NCBI GenBank assembly: GCA_964361585.1
Contig: CAYIBB010000003.1
Coordinates: 1-40,816 of the forward strand
Source of the DNA: Candidatus Woesearchaeota archaeon
GTDB taxonomy: Archaea; Nanobdellota; Nanobdellia; Pacearchaeales; UBA12030
Length of the DNA: 40,816 bases
Direction: 5' to 3'
Translations under genes and position numbers: made by a program
Part shown: piece after piece, positions 1-8,361 of the stretch
Numbering within the stretch: position 1 is the first letter of the stretch
Layout: every line of letters begins with the position of its first letter
Notes under the pieces: model-generated
Seen by the model: the letters and a program-made list of their open reading frames with translations, nothing else
What the model was told of the DNA's origin: nothing
Databases searched by the model: none

Positions 1-1
1 A

Positions 2-286
2 GTAGAAATTTCAATATTCCCCCTAGTAAGCAAAGATAAATTACCAGAAAAGGCCATAGAACTTTACAAGCGATTAAGTGACAATTACAAAGTATTTTAT
101 GATGATTCAGGAAGCATAGGAAGACGTTATCGAAGAGCAGATGAAATTGGCTGTCCTTTTGCTGTCACAATAGATTATGAGACGCTGAAAGATAATACAG
201 TCACCCTCAGAGATAGGGATAGTATGAAACAAGTTCGAGTTAAAATTTCAGAGTTAGATAACAAATTTAAAGATCTGGAAATTTGA
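2..286 (+). CDS. glyS: glycyl-tRNA synthetase, C-terminal anticodon-binding domain (5' partial)
   Basis: Own translation of frame 2: ...YDDSGSIGRRYRRADEIGCPFAVTIDYETLKDNTVTLRDRDSMKQVRV...*, the class IIa anticodon-binding motif of archaeal/eukaryotic-type GlyRS. Confidence 0.9.
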   Translation, partial: VEISIFPLVSKDKLPEKAIELYKRLSDNYKVFYDDSGSIGRRYRRADEIGCPFAVTIDYETLKDNTVTLRDRDSMKQVRVKISELDNKFKDLEI

Positions 287-356
287 TCTAGAAATTATTT
301 TCTTCTTTTCATCCAAGAACGCTCTTCTTCTTTTATACCTAACATAATTAATTTAA

Positions 357-587
357 TTATAAAAACCCAGCAACTGCACCAATTAGTCCGCCATAGAGAT
401 ATATCATCTTATCAGCAAATACGTATTTGCCAGGTGGAAACAATTGTCCTTCAGGATAAAAGTTCCAGTGTATATCAAATAAGAAAATAAGGATAATAGA
501 TATTATGAAAGCGACAATAAAAAAGACCAAATCAGCAATAATTTCCTCTTTGGTTATAAATGACTTTTTCCTTATTTTATGCAACAT
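357..587 (-). CDS. small membrane protein, probably frameshifted (continues to 295 in the -1 frame)
   Basis: Two hydrophobic segments; the second is cut by a stop at GGG TTT TTA TAA; the -1 frame continues IIKLIMLGIKEEERSWMKRRK*. Confidence 0.6.
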   Translation of the reverse strand: MLHKIRKKSFITKEEIIADLVFFIVAFIISIILIFLFDIHWNFYPEGQLFPPGKYVFADKMIYLYGGLIGAVAGFL

Positions 588-656
588 TAATCTTAAGTAT
601 AATAATAGTTTTAAATAATTTACTTAGTATTAAAATCAGAAACATTTTTTAATTAA

Positions 657-786
657 GGGCCTGTAGTTCAACGGTAATGACCTTTCTTAAGAGATGGTCA
701 AGGAAGAATAAATAAAAAGAGATAAGTCGTGAAAGAATATTCCGTTCGCTGCGGAAAGGTTCCGGGTTCGAATCCCGGCGGGTCCA
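657..786 (+). tRNA. tRNA-Ala(CGC) with a non-canonical D-loop intron (about 677-732, 56 nt)
   Basis: Acceptor GGGCCTG/CGGGTCC-A with G3:U70; D stem GTTC/GAAT; anticodon arm TTCCG-TTCGCTG-CGGAA; T arm CCGGG-TTCGAAT-CCCGG; BHB-like helix ACGG/TCGT with TAA and GAA bulges. Confidence 0.9.
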
Positions 787-789
787 TAT

Positions 790-820
790 AAACTTTCTTG
801 AGAAGAAAGTTTAATCAAAG
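790..820 (+). repeat. perfect 10-bp hairpin plus AATCAAAG tail; free-standing copy of the element in the tRNA introns
   Basis: AAACTTTCTT-GAG-AAGAAAGTTT-AATCAAAG; resembles 8174-8203 and 8253-8280. Confidence 0.65.
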
Positions 821-855
821 AAAACAAAATGAAAAAGCTAAGCTAAAAAGAGAGG

Positions 856-1638
856 ATGGTAGAAGAAACACTCAAGAGGGCAATAAAGGGCTGGGTAAAG
901 AATCCTGTACTCTCAGTACCTTTTATTATTGTGGCGGCAATAGCATTCACACTGCTCTTTCTCTTCTTAGTAAAGTCAGGTATAAGTCCTGAAAACATAG
1001 AGGCTGCACTTAGTGGTAGATTTCTAATACAATTTGTAATGTTCTTTTTGCTGTTAGTAGTGATTTACGCTTTCATCTTTGCAGGAGCTCTGGGAATGTG
1101 TCTCGAAGTATATGAGAAGGGAAAAACTTCCTTTAGTACACTTTTCACTGGAGGGAAAAAATACTTTGGGAAAGTATTTGTAACGACCCTAATTCTGCTA
1201 TTAATCATTTTAACGATATTTGCAGTAATTTCCGTGCTATTAATTCAGATTTCAAAGCCAATTATTAAAAATGAATCTCTATTGAGCGGCGCTTTCTTAG
1301 TAACTGATATTGTTGTTGTGGTTCTGCTTTCAATGTTCTTTTTGCTTGCCCCATATCTTGCCGTTACCAAGAGTCTTAGAATTCTAGAGTCATTCTTTAT
1401 AAGTGTAAAGCTAGTAAGGAAAAACTATTTTGCTTTTCTGATTCTAGTTGCCATATTCCTCATTACCAGTTCTTTACTACAATTAATCCCATATGTAGGC
1501 GATGTCATTAATATTATTGTAATTACTCCAATTCAGACTCTAGCATTCGTAATTTTTATAAATAAAATTTATTCGAAATCTTTGGGGGGAGAAAGTTTAA
1601 AGACAAAGAAAGGGGTAAAGAAGAAAATCACTCAGTGA
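856..1638 (+). CDS. polytopic membrane protein of unknown function
   Basis: 260 aa, about 6 hydrophobic segments, GAGG-type RBS upstream. Confidence 0.8.
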   Translation: MVEETLKRAIKGWVKNPVLSVPFIIVAAIAFTLLFLFLVKSGISPENIEAALSGRFLIQFVMFFLLLVVIYAFIFAGALGMCLEVYEKGKTSFSTLFTGGKKYFGKVFVTTLILLLIILTIFAVISVLLIQISKPIIKNESLLSGAFLVTDIVVVVLLSMFFLLAPYLAVTKSLRILESFFISVKLVRKNYFAFLILVAIFLITSSLLQLIPYVGDVINIIVITPIQTLAFVIFINKIYSKSLGGESLKTKKGVKKKITQ

Positions 1639-2488
1639 ATCTTACATTCTTTTGTTCCAGTTCAATGTACGCAAAGCGTATATTTATGTTGGCTGGAGAT
1701 GTGTGAGCCTGTGTATTCTCCATATCGCGCTCGCAGGCAACAATTGAGTCTACATCAACTTCTCCACTCTTGGCAGACTTGAAAGTTTTACAAATCACAG
1801 GTTCCCCTGTACCGAAGGTAGCAACAACTTTATTCTCCTTCCAAGGTTCGGGGGAGTCACAATTCGTGTCAGGTAAGTACACTTTACCTGTGCCAAGATT
1901 CTCAACCTTGAACTTGATCATTAGATTCTTACCACTTCTTTCCTCTGTTAAGGATGTGATTTGTACAGGAGAAACTGAAACTATTGAATCCTTGGTCTTT
2001 TCTCCATCAAGACTGCATGTTGCACTGCTATCAAGAGCAAAGCATAGATTTGTGGTTAAGCTTGATTCGTATAAGTAACAGGATCTTGCAATGAAGGTCT
2101 GATTAAAGGGAACTACAGAGCCGACATAACGTGCATTTTCTGTAAAGACAACTCGCTCTTTACCCCCTAGAGTTTCTTCTCCAGCTTTAAGAAGAAGTTC
2201 ACTATTTGTCTTTTTCAAATTTTGCAAGGAAAGAGAAAAGGATGTTGGAAATAAGCCCTCAAGATAAAGTCTTGCCTCACCTGGGTTCAAATCATAGCCG
2301 CCTTTATTTTCTAAATTCACGTAGATTGGAAAGTTCTGTCCTCGCGACACTTCACTAGGAGGAGCTGGTTCAATAAAGGAAACATCTATGCCATTACTTG
2401 CAACCTCTTCTTTGCCCTGCTTGCATCCGGAGATTATTAGAATTAAGGGAATTAGTACTATGAATGTGAAAAGTGCCTCTTTTTTCAT
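1628..2488 (-). CDS. predicted lipoprotein, beta-rich Cys-containing surface protein (paralog of 2490-3347)
   Basis: Lipobox IISG|C; shares APP, ENxG, Y-x-Y...lC and PVxIT blocks with the neighbour. Confidence 0.75.
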   Translation of the reverse strand: MKKEALFTFIVLIPLILIISGCKQGKEEVASNGIDVSFIEPAPPSEVSRGQNFPIYVNLENKGGYDLNPGEARLYLEGLFPTSFSLSLQNLKKTNSELLLKAGEETLGGKERVVFTENARYVGSVVPFNQTFIARSCYLYESSLTTNLCFALDSSATCSLDGEKTKDSIVSVSPVQITSLTEERSGKNLMIKFKVENLGTGKVYLPDTNCDSPEPWKENKVVATFGTGEPVICKTFKSAKSGEVDVDSIVACERDMENTQAHTSPANINIRFAYIELEQKNVRFTE

Positions 2489-2489
2489 T

Positions 2490-3347
2490 TTACACTATCT
2501 GAACATTAATGAATTTTGTTACACGGTAATCGTAAGCAAAGCTTAACTCAAGAGGATGCTTTATTACCTCATCTACAAAGATTATTCCAGAGCATTTTAT
2601 AACCTTTTCGGTATCTTTCTGTAGCTCGATTACATTATTTTCAAGATCACATTTAAGAGGGAATGTTGCAAAACTTATCTTTTCAACTAGAACTTTATTG
2701 TCTCCTTCTGAACCGAAAAAACCAACAAGACGAGGAATTCCATCTCCCTGATTTTTAAGATGTATATCAAGAGTGAGTCTTACCTGACCCTCATTAATTC
2801 GAAAAATATGCTTTTCAACTTTTGTAATAACTATTGGGGCTTTAACATCAGGACTTATGGTTTCTTGGGTAGGACATAAAACTGCAGTCTGCACAGTTGG
2901 ATCTTTAACACAAATTTCAGAGCTTGCTTTAGTCCTGTAAAAATAATCCAACTTGGCGATTATATTAACATTTTGGTTCTGCAAATTCTTATAAGTGTAA
3001 AAACCGCTGGATTCTGGAAAGTAAACAAATTCTGTACTTGGACTTAAGTCCTTACCCTGTCCAGAAGAGGATTTTATTGAAAATTCTTTACATTCTTGAG
3101 AAATCCCACCAAAAGCATCAGCAACAGTATCGCTTAAACACATTTTCGCAGAGGTAGCTTCTCCAAAATTTTCAATTTTAAATGCAACCTGAAACTCGCT
3201 GTCTGATGAAAGTTGAGTTGGTGGAGCATCAGCAAGGAATGCAAAATCAAGGCCAACTTGCTCCGCCTTTGTATTTGTACTAAGCACACACCCTTGTAAG
3301 AATAGGATTAGTGGAATTAACAACAAAATTACAAATTTACTTTTCAT
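2490..3347 (-). CDS. predicted lipoprotein, beta-rich Cys-containing surface protein
   Basis: Lipobox LQG|C; DAPP, ENFG, YFYRTKASSEIC and APIVIT blocks. Confidence 0.75.
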   Translation of the reverse strand: MKSKFVILLLIPLILFLQGCVLSTNTKAEQVGLDFAFLADAPPTQLSSDSEFQVAFKIENFGEATSAKMCLSDTVADAFGGISQECKEFSIKSSSGQGKDLSPSTEFVYFPESSGFYTYKNLQNQNVNIIAKLDYFYRTKASSEICVKDPTVQTAVLCPTQETISPDVKAPIVITKVEKHIFRINEGQVRLTLDIHLKNQGDGIPRLVGFFGSEGDNKVLVEKISFATFPLKCDLENNVIELQKDTEKVIKCSGIIFVDEVIKHPLELSFAYDYRVTKFINVQIV

Positions 3348-3381
3348 CTTTTTACTTTATTTTTTTCTTTTGTACCTATTT

Positions 3382-4665
3382 TCACTCTGCAAGTATTATA
3401 ATTCCTCTTTGGAATTCAGACTCGAATTTATATTTTGCTATAGCCCTGATTACAGTTTTCTGTGCAATATCCTGATCTTCTGAAGTTGTGCGGAAATTAC
3501 ACTTGAACTCAATTTCATCAGACTTACCCAGAATTTTATTTGCTCTCTCAAGAATATTTTTCTTAACCTGAAAAGTACCGCCAGATATTGAGAAGCTACC
3601 TGAAAAGTCGCAAGGCTCCAAAATTACTAAATTTCCTTGAGGAATTTCAAGTACAACGTCCTGGATCACAGTTAAGTTTCCAATAACATCGTTTCTCTTC
3701 TTTATTCTTACAGAGAAAGGCCACACTGAATCATAGAAAGGTTGATCTTCATCACTTCCTATAGATAGGAAAGCCGGCGCATCAAATTCCATGCTACTTA
3801 GAACAATACGACCCTCAGCCTTGAGGTTAGGCTCATTAATGTTTAAGAATGGATTTTCACTCTGTTCGAGAATATCCTTCCTTAATGTGTAAACATTCCA
3901 TGAGCTGCGAGCTGTAACTTCTCGCTCAATTTTAATCTTCAGTATAGATGACTTGGATTCAAGTCCCTCTTCAAGTTTTATACCAGGAGCTCTACATATT
4001 ACCTGAGATCTCTGTTCAAGTTCACTTTTCCTAAATCTCAAAATGTTTCCGAAATCAGCACGGGGCAACTCTGTACTGATTTGCTGATTATCGAGAAGGC
4101 ATACGGGCTGTACTAGTAATTCAGGAACAGATGGATTTTTTACAATTACAGTATTCCTTGTCTCAATTTCTTCTCCAGATTCAAAAACATTTTTTCCAGT
4201 AAATTCTATGTTCACAGAAACTTCTTCCTCTTCTTCTTCAATAGTTGGAACTGACCAATCATAGAATGGCTTATAAAAACATTCAACTGGGTTCACAACA
4301 CAGTTTACTGCCTGACTAATTTTGCTAGTTATGAGTAAGACACTAGGAGCATATGGGCCTATAATTGTTTGCAACAATCCTTGGGAGTACCATCTCCAAA
4401 TCAAAATTGAGAGAGCGACAATTGCCGCAAGTACTAGAACAGAAATGACAACAGCAACATATCTAGGAGGGGTTATGCCTAGAACTAGGCCAACTAGCGC
4501 GCCGAAGACCATTCCTACTACTATCTCAATGAGCAATGCGGGTAATCCAGAAAGTCCAAATACTGGAATATTAGTCAAACCGACAAGAAATCCCAAAAGG
4601 CCGCCTATAAGTGCTGCAACAATAGTACTTCTAAGAATATCTTCTCTCAAACTTGATTCTGCCAT
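3382..4665 (-). CDS. membrane-anchored surface protein (3 N-terminal TM helices plus a large extracellular domain)
   Basis: Gly-rich hydrophobic N-terminus followed by a Cys-containing beta-rich domain; co-oriented with the lipoproteins. Confidence 0.75.
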   Translation of the reverse strand: MAESSLREDILRSTIVAALIGGLLGFLVGLTNIPVFGLSGLPALLIEIVVGMVFGALVGLVLGITPPRYVAVVISVLVLAAIVALSILIWRWYSQGLLQTIIGPYAPSVLLITSKISQAVNCVVNPVECFYKPFYDWSVPTIEEEEEEVSVNIEFTGKNVFESGEEIETRNTVIVKNPSVPELLVQPVCLLDNQQISTELPRADFGNILRFRKSELEQRSQVICRAPGIKLEEGLESKSSILKIKIEREVTARSSWNVYTLRKDILEQSENPFLNINEPNLKAEGRIVLSSMEFDAPAFLSIGSDEDQPFYDSVWPFSVRIKKRNDVIGNLTVIQDVVLEIPQGNLVILEPCDFSGSFSISGGTFQVKKNILERANKILGKSDEIEFKCNFRTTSEDQDIAQKTVIRAIAKYKFESEFQRGIIILAE

Positions 4666-4671
4666 CTTTTC

Positions 4672-4863
4672 TTATCTTTTAGCTCTAAGAAACAAGAAGA
4701 GTACACTGGAAAGTGAGCTCGCATTTGTCGTATTCAAAAGTCTAGCCCTCTGATCAGGAGGTAGGGCAATAAGGTATATTATAAGAAAAACAAGCATCAC
4801 CATAATCAACACTGCGACTGCTATAGTTCCACCTTGAGCTTTTACCTCTTTTACAAATCTCAT
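4672..4863 (-). CDS. small class III signal peptide (pilin-like) protein
   Basis: MRFVKEVKA|QGGTIAVAVLIMV: K-A|Q cleavage motif followed by a hydrophobic helix. Confidence 0.6.
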   Translation of the reverse strand: MRFVKEVKAQGGTIAVAVLIMVMLVFLIIYLIALPPDQRARLLNTTNASSLSSVLFLFLRAKR

Positions 4864-4925
4864 TATATTTCCTTGTTCGAGGCATTTATAAATTTTGTTT
4901 AGCCATAAAAATTCCTTAAAAAGAA

Positions 4926-6044
4926 CTAGAAGAATCTCGCAAATTTCAGAAATCGAGGCTCTGCAAACACAAGGCGTCTTAGGATCTTACTATCTGCCAA
5001 TTCATCTCTGCTGTACTCTGAAAATATCTTTTTGACTTTTTCATTCTTTAAAAGTCTGAAAAGTGCATCGTAATCTGAATCCCTAAATTTATTTAAGATC
5101 TCCCGAAGTTTTGAATGTAATGCAAGTTCTTTCCTGATCTCCTTAAGCTTTTGCTCGTAACTACTGCCCTCAATTATTGATTCTGCAAGTACTTTTGCAG
5201 CTCTCAACGAGGGGATTATGCCTCCTAATGTAGTAGCTTTGACTTGAGAGGCAGCATCTCCAACAAGAAATACATTTTTGTCCTCAATAACAGCTTTGGA
5301 GTTATAGAGAGGAATTGGCCCTCCAGTATAGCCAACAATATCATCAAAGGAATACCTTGACTTATAGCCCAATTTAAAATCCGTATACTTTTTCTCCAAG
5401 TTGTCTTTACATCCTAAACCAATTTCAGAAAAGGTATCGTTTGTTGGCACAACCCATGCAAATAACTCCCTGTATTGTTCAGAAAAGTAAATGTCCATAG
5501 TATCTCGAGCGTAAGTACCAGAGATTATTACTTGAATGCAAGGAATACATTCCTGTTTATTACCAATTAGTTTTGAGACTTTACTGAAGTAGCCATCTGC
5601 CCCTATTAGAATGTCGGACTTCGCATCCTTCAGTCTGTTTCCTTCCTGTATTCTTGAAATTATTTTGCCGTCAGTTCTTCGGAAAAAGATAAATTTGCTA
5701 TTAAGGTTTACTTCAGCACCTTGAGCTGTTGCTTTAAGTGCAAGAAATTTATCAAATTTTGCTCTATTGAGTACAGTATCTGGATTCTCAAGTTCTAGAT
5801 CAACTTCCTCGTTCTTCGAGTAGAGCCTTACTTTCTTTATCTTGTTATCAGTAATCCCCTCTAGACTGGAAAAAATCGGATCAATGTTCTTGATAGTTTT
5901 AGTAACAAGCCCGGAGCACTGCACAGGCTTTCCTACCTCATTATGATTCTCGTAAATTTCAACTTGCATGCCAGCCTTAGCTAGTAAGTAAGCTGTAAAG
6001 TTTCCTGCAGGACCTGCTCCAATTATAGTAACTTTTTTACTCAT
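4926..6044 (-). CDS. geranylgeranyl reductase family FAD-dependent oxidoreductase
   Basis: IIGAGPAG, CSG, IGADG, WVVP and LVGDAA motifs; 372 aa. Confidence 0.85.
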   Translation of the reverse strand: MSKKVTIIGAGPAGNFTAYLLAKAGMQVEIYENHNEVGKPVQCSGLVTKTIKNIDPIFSSLEGITDNKIKKVRLYSKNEEVDLELENPDTVLNRAKFDKFLALKATAQGAEVNLNSKFIFFRRTDGKIISRIQEGNRLKDAKSDILIGADGYFSKVSKLIGNKQECIPCIQVIISGTYARDTMDIYFSEQYRELFAWVVPTNDTFSEIGLGCKDNLEKKYTDFKLGYKSRYSFDDIVGYTGGPIPLYNSKAVIEDKNVFLVGDAASQVKATTLGGIIPSLRAAKVLAESIIEGSSYEQKLKEIRKELALHSKLREILNKFRDSDYDALFRLLKNEKVKKIFSEYSRDELADSKILRRLVFAEPRFLKFARFF

Positions 6045-6124
6045 TTTCCTTACACATACTTAAATATAATTATTCTAAAAATATAAAAACTCATTCTTAA
6101 TTAATCTACAAGAGCAAAAAGAGG

Positions 6125-6955
6125 ATGGCAGAAATATTAATAAACTTTTTAGTAATCCTGGGAATTATTGGCTTGATTATAGCCACGCTAAATGATCTTA
6201 AGAAGAGAGAAGTTCCAGATTGGCTTAATTTTTCACTAATAGTTATTGCTCTTGCTTCAAGGCTTCTTTATTCGCTAACTGCAGGTAACTTGTCGTTCAT
6301 TCTTTATGGCTTAATCTATTTCGGAATATTTCTTGTCCTAGCCTATGCATTCTACTATGCAAGGATTTTTGCAGGAGGTGATTCTAAGCTCTTGATGGCT
6401 ATGGGTGCTGTATTTGCATCTCCGCCTTTCAATTCTTTTTCCTTTATATTTAGCATACCTTTCCCTATATTAATTCTGATAAACCTTCTTTTTGTAGGAG
6501 CCGTATATGGCTTACTTTACAGTCTATATCTAGCATATAAGAATAGAAGAGAATTTTCCAGAGAGTTTAAAAAATTTAAGAAAAGCGCAGTTGTTTGGCC
6601 TTACTTATTCTTGGGACTAATATTCGTGGCAGTTTCTTTCTTGATTAAAAGTTACATATTCATAATTCCTGCTGCATTAATAGTTTTAATTCCTTACATC
6701 TATTCATCAATAAAAGCTGTTGAAAGAGGTGCTTTAATTAAGAGTATAAGTCCCTCGGAGCTAACAGTAGGGGATTGGCTAGCTCAAGAAATTAAGGTCG
6801 GAAAAATAAAACTCGTTCCAAGATGGGAAGGACTTAGCAAAGAGCAAATTGCCCTGCTTGTAAGGAGAAAGAAAAAGGTCCTTGTGAAGTATGGAATTCC
6901 TTTCGTGCCAGCCTTTCTTGCTGCTGTAATATTGAGTTTACTTCTTGTGCTTTAG
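6125..6955 (+). CDS. prepilin peptidase, A24 family (PibD/EppA-like)
   Basis: Both catalytic Asp motifs (NDLKKREVPDW and GGDSKLL), multiple TM helices, C-terminal GIPFVPAF. Confidence 0.9.
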   Translation: MAEILINFLVILGIIGLIIATLNDLKKREVPDWLNFSLIVIALASRLLYSLTAGNLSFILYGLIYFGIFLVLAYAFYYARIFAGGDSKLLMAMGAVFASPPFNSFSFIFSIPFPILILINLLFVGAVYGLLYSLYLAYKNRREFSREFKKFKKSAVVWPYLFLGLIFVAVSFLIKSYIFIIPAALIVLIPYIYSSIKAVERGALIKSISPSELTVGDWLAQEIKVGKIKLVPRWEGLSKEQIALLVRRKKKVLVKYGIPFVPAFLAAVILSLLLVL

Positions 6956-6975
6956 GTGCTCAAGGGTTAAAGAAT

Positions 6976-7587
6976 CTAAGGAATCCTATCTAGTTTCCTC
7001 CTCAGAAATCTCATTTCATCACTTTCCTCAGCCTGCTTCGATTTCTCTGCCTTCTCATTCTCATGAGCAGTCATCTTATCTTGTTTTAGCTTTTCACTTA
7101 CTTGTTTTGCAATCTTTTCAAGATCTTTTTTTTCTACCTTCTGACCTTGCCATTCAAATGAGATCCCATCATCCTCAAAACGAGGAATTAAGTGCAAGTG
7201 AAAGTGAGGAACTCTCTGTCCTGCCACAGTACCGTTAGCTGCATGCAAATTAAGGCCATGAGCCTTTACAGTATCTATCAAAATAGTTGAGATCTTAGCA
7301 GCAACTTCTGAAATTCTGCCGAGAGTAGAGGGTGGAATTTGGAAAAAGAACTGGTAGTGCCTTTTAGGAATTACTAAGGTGTGCCCGGGAGAAGCTGGTA
7401 TTATATCCAAGATAGCAATTACGTCTGAATCTTCATAAACTTTAGTACTCTCAATCTTGCCCTGGGCAATTTGACAGAAAAGGCACTGCTTCTCAACAAG
7501 TTCTGCCTTCTTTTCAGGAGGCAACTTCTGAAATTCTTCTTGCAACTTCTTTAGCTGCGCTTGTGTTAATTTTTTTTCTTTTGCCAT
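6976..7587 (-). CDS. HIT family nucleotide hydrolase
   Basis: CLFCQI, GHTLVIPKRH and the histidine triad HFHLHLIPR. Confidence 0.92.
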   Translation of the reverse strand: MAKEKKLTQAQLKKLQEEFQKLPPEKKAELVEKQCLFCQIAQGKIESTKVYEDSDVIAILDIIPASPGHTLVIPKRHYQFFFQIPPSTLGRISEVAAKISTILIDTVKAHGLNLHAANGTVAGQRVPHFHLHLIPRFEDDGISFEWQGQKVEKKDLEKIAKQVSEKLKQDKMTAHENEKAEKSKQAEESDEMRFLRRKLDRIP

Positions 7588-7853
7588 TACCCAATAGCCC
7601 TCCTAACATCCACTATTTGAACTGAATTAATGTCTTTAATTTTAGAAAGCCTTCCCTCAAGTTCATCAGCACTTTTATCATCAGGCCAACTTACCGTAAG
7701 CATTAACGCATTAAGTCCGAAGGCAATAGGCTGAATCTCTTCATTCAATATTTTCTGTTTATACGAGCCAAGTACTTTTTCTGCATTCTTCTTTATTTTA
7801 GCAATATCAACAGAAGGAGAGGTAGGCATAATTTTTATAATCAGGAGTAACAT
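7587..7853 (-). CDS. ef1b: translation elongation factor 1-beta (start moved to 7853)
   Basis: KIMP...PIAFGLNAL motif; typical position downstream of a Zn-ribbon gene. Confidence 0.9.
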   Translation of the reverse strand: MLLLIIKIMPTSPSVDIAKIKKNAEKVLGSYKQKILNEEIQPIAFGLNALMLTVSWPDDKSADELEGRLSKIKDINSVQIVDVRRAIG

Positions 7854-7860
7854 TTTACAA

Positions 7861-8031
7861 TCAAGGTCCGGTAAAGTCACATTCACATTTATATTTAGCT
7901 GCTATGTTCTTGCAGGCTACACAGCGAGCTAAGTCATTCTTTAAACAAGATGGACACTTAAAGATTACTCCTAACTTTCCAATCTCCCTATTACAGGAAG
8001 CGCACTTTATTTGCTCAGAATTTCTTACCAT
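7861..8031 (-). CDS. small Zn-ribbon protein (DUF1610-like), 56 aa, missed by the ORF track
   Basis: Own translation MVRNSEQIKCASCNREIGKLGVIFKCPSCLKNDLARCVACKNIAAKYKCECDFTGP*; four Cys pairs, FxGP end, upstream of EF-1beta as usual in archaea. Confidence 0.85.
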   Translation of the reverse strand: MVRNSEQIKCASCNREIGKLGVIFKCPSCLKNDLARCVACKNIAAKYKCECDFTGP

Positions 8032-8122
8032 TTGAATAGAAAATAATAATGTTCTAATCTATAAAATTTATAAAGCTTTTCAATTACCTATTGCCTTAAC
8101 CAAAGGAACTCTCATTTAAAAA

Positions 8123-8129
8123 TTTATAA
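8123..8129 (+). promoter_or_regulatory. archaeal TATA box for tRNA-Arg
   Basis: TTTATAA preceded by an A-rich BRE-like run, about 24 nt before the tRNA 5' end. Confidence 0.5.
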
Positions 8130-8152
8130 GTAAAAAAACTCTCTTCTTAGAT

Positions 8153-8327
8153 GCCCCCATGGTGTAATGGATATAACCTTTTTGGAAAAAAGTTCAATCA
8201 AAAACAACTTAACCAAGAAAAAGCAAATACCATAAAGCACGCGACCTTGCGGTGACCTTTTGGAAAAAGCTCAACCAAAAGAAATCACAAAAAGGTTGAA
8301 ATCGGGGTTCGAATCCTCGTGGGGGCA
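8153..8327 (+). tRNA. tRNA-Arg(GCG) with two introns: D-loop (about 8173-8235) and canonical 37/38 (about 8253-8292)
   Basis: Spliced form GCCCCCATGGTGTAATGGATAGCACGCGACCTTGCGGAGGTTGAAATCGGGGTTCGAATCCTCGTGGGGGCA folds as a cloverleaf; A20 Arg identity base; BHB helix ATGG/CCAT for intron 1, relaxed TTGC/ACAA for intron 2. Confidence 0.9.
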
Positions 8328-8361
8328 TATTTTTTAAGCTACAAAATTAGAAATAAATAAA

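Noticed and set aside
798-992. 64-aa plus-strand ORF
   Set aside because: TTG start inside the hairpin repeat and out-of-frame overlap with the 260-aa membrane protein, which has its own RBS
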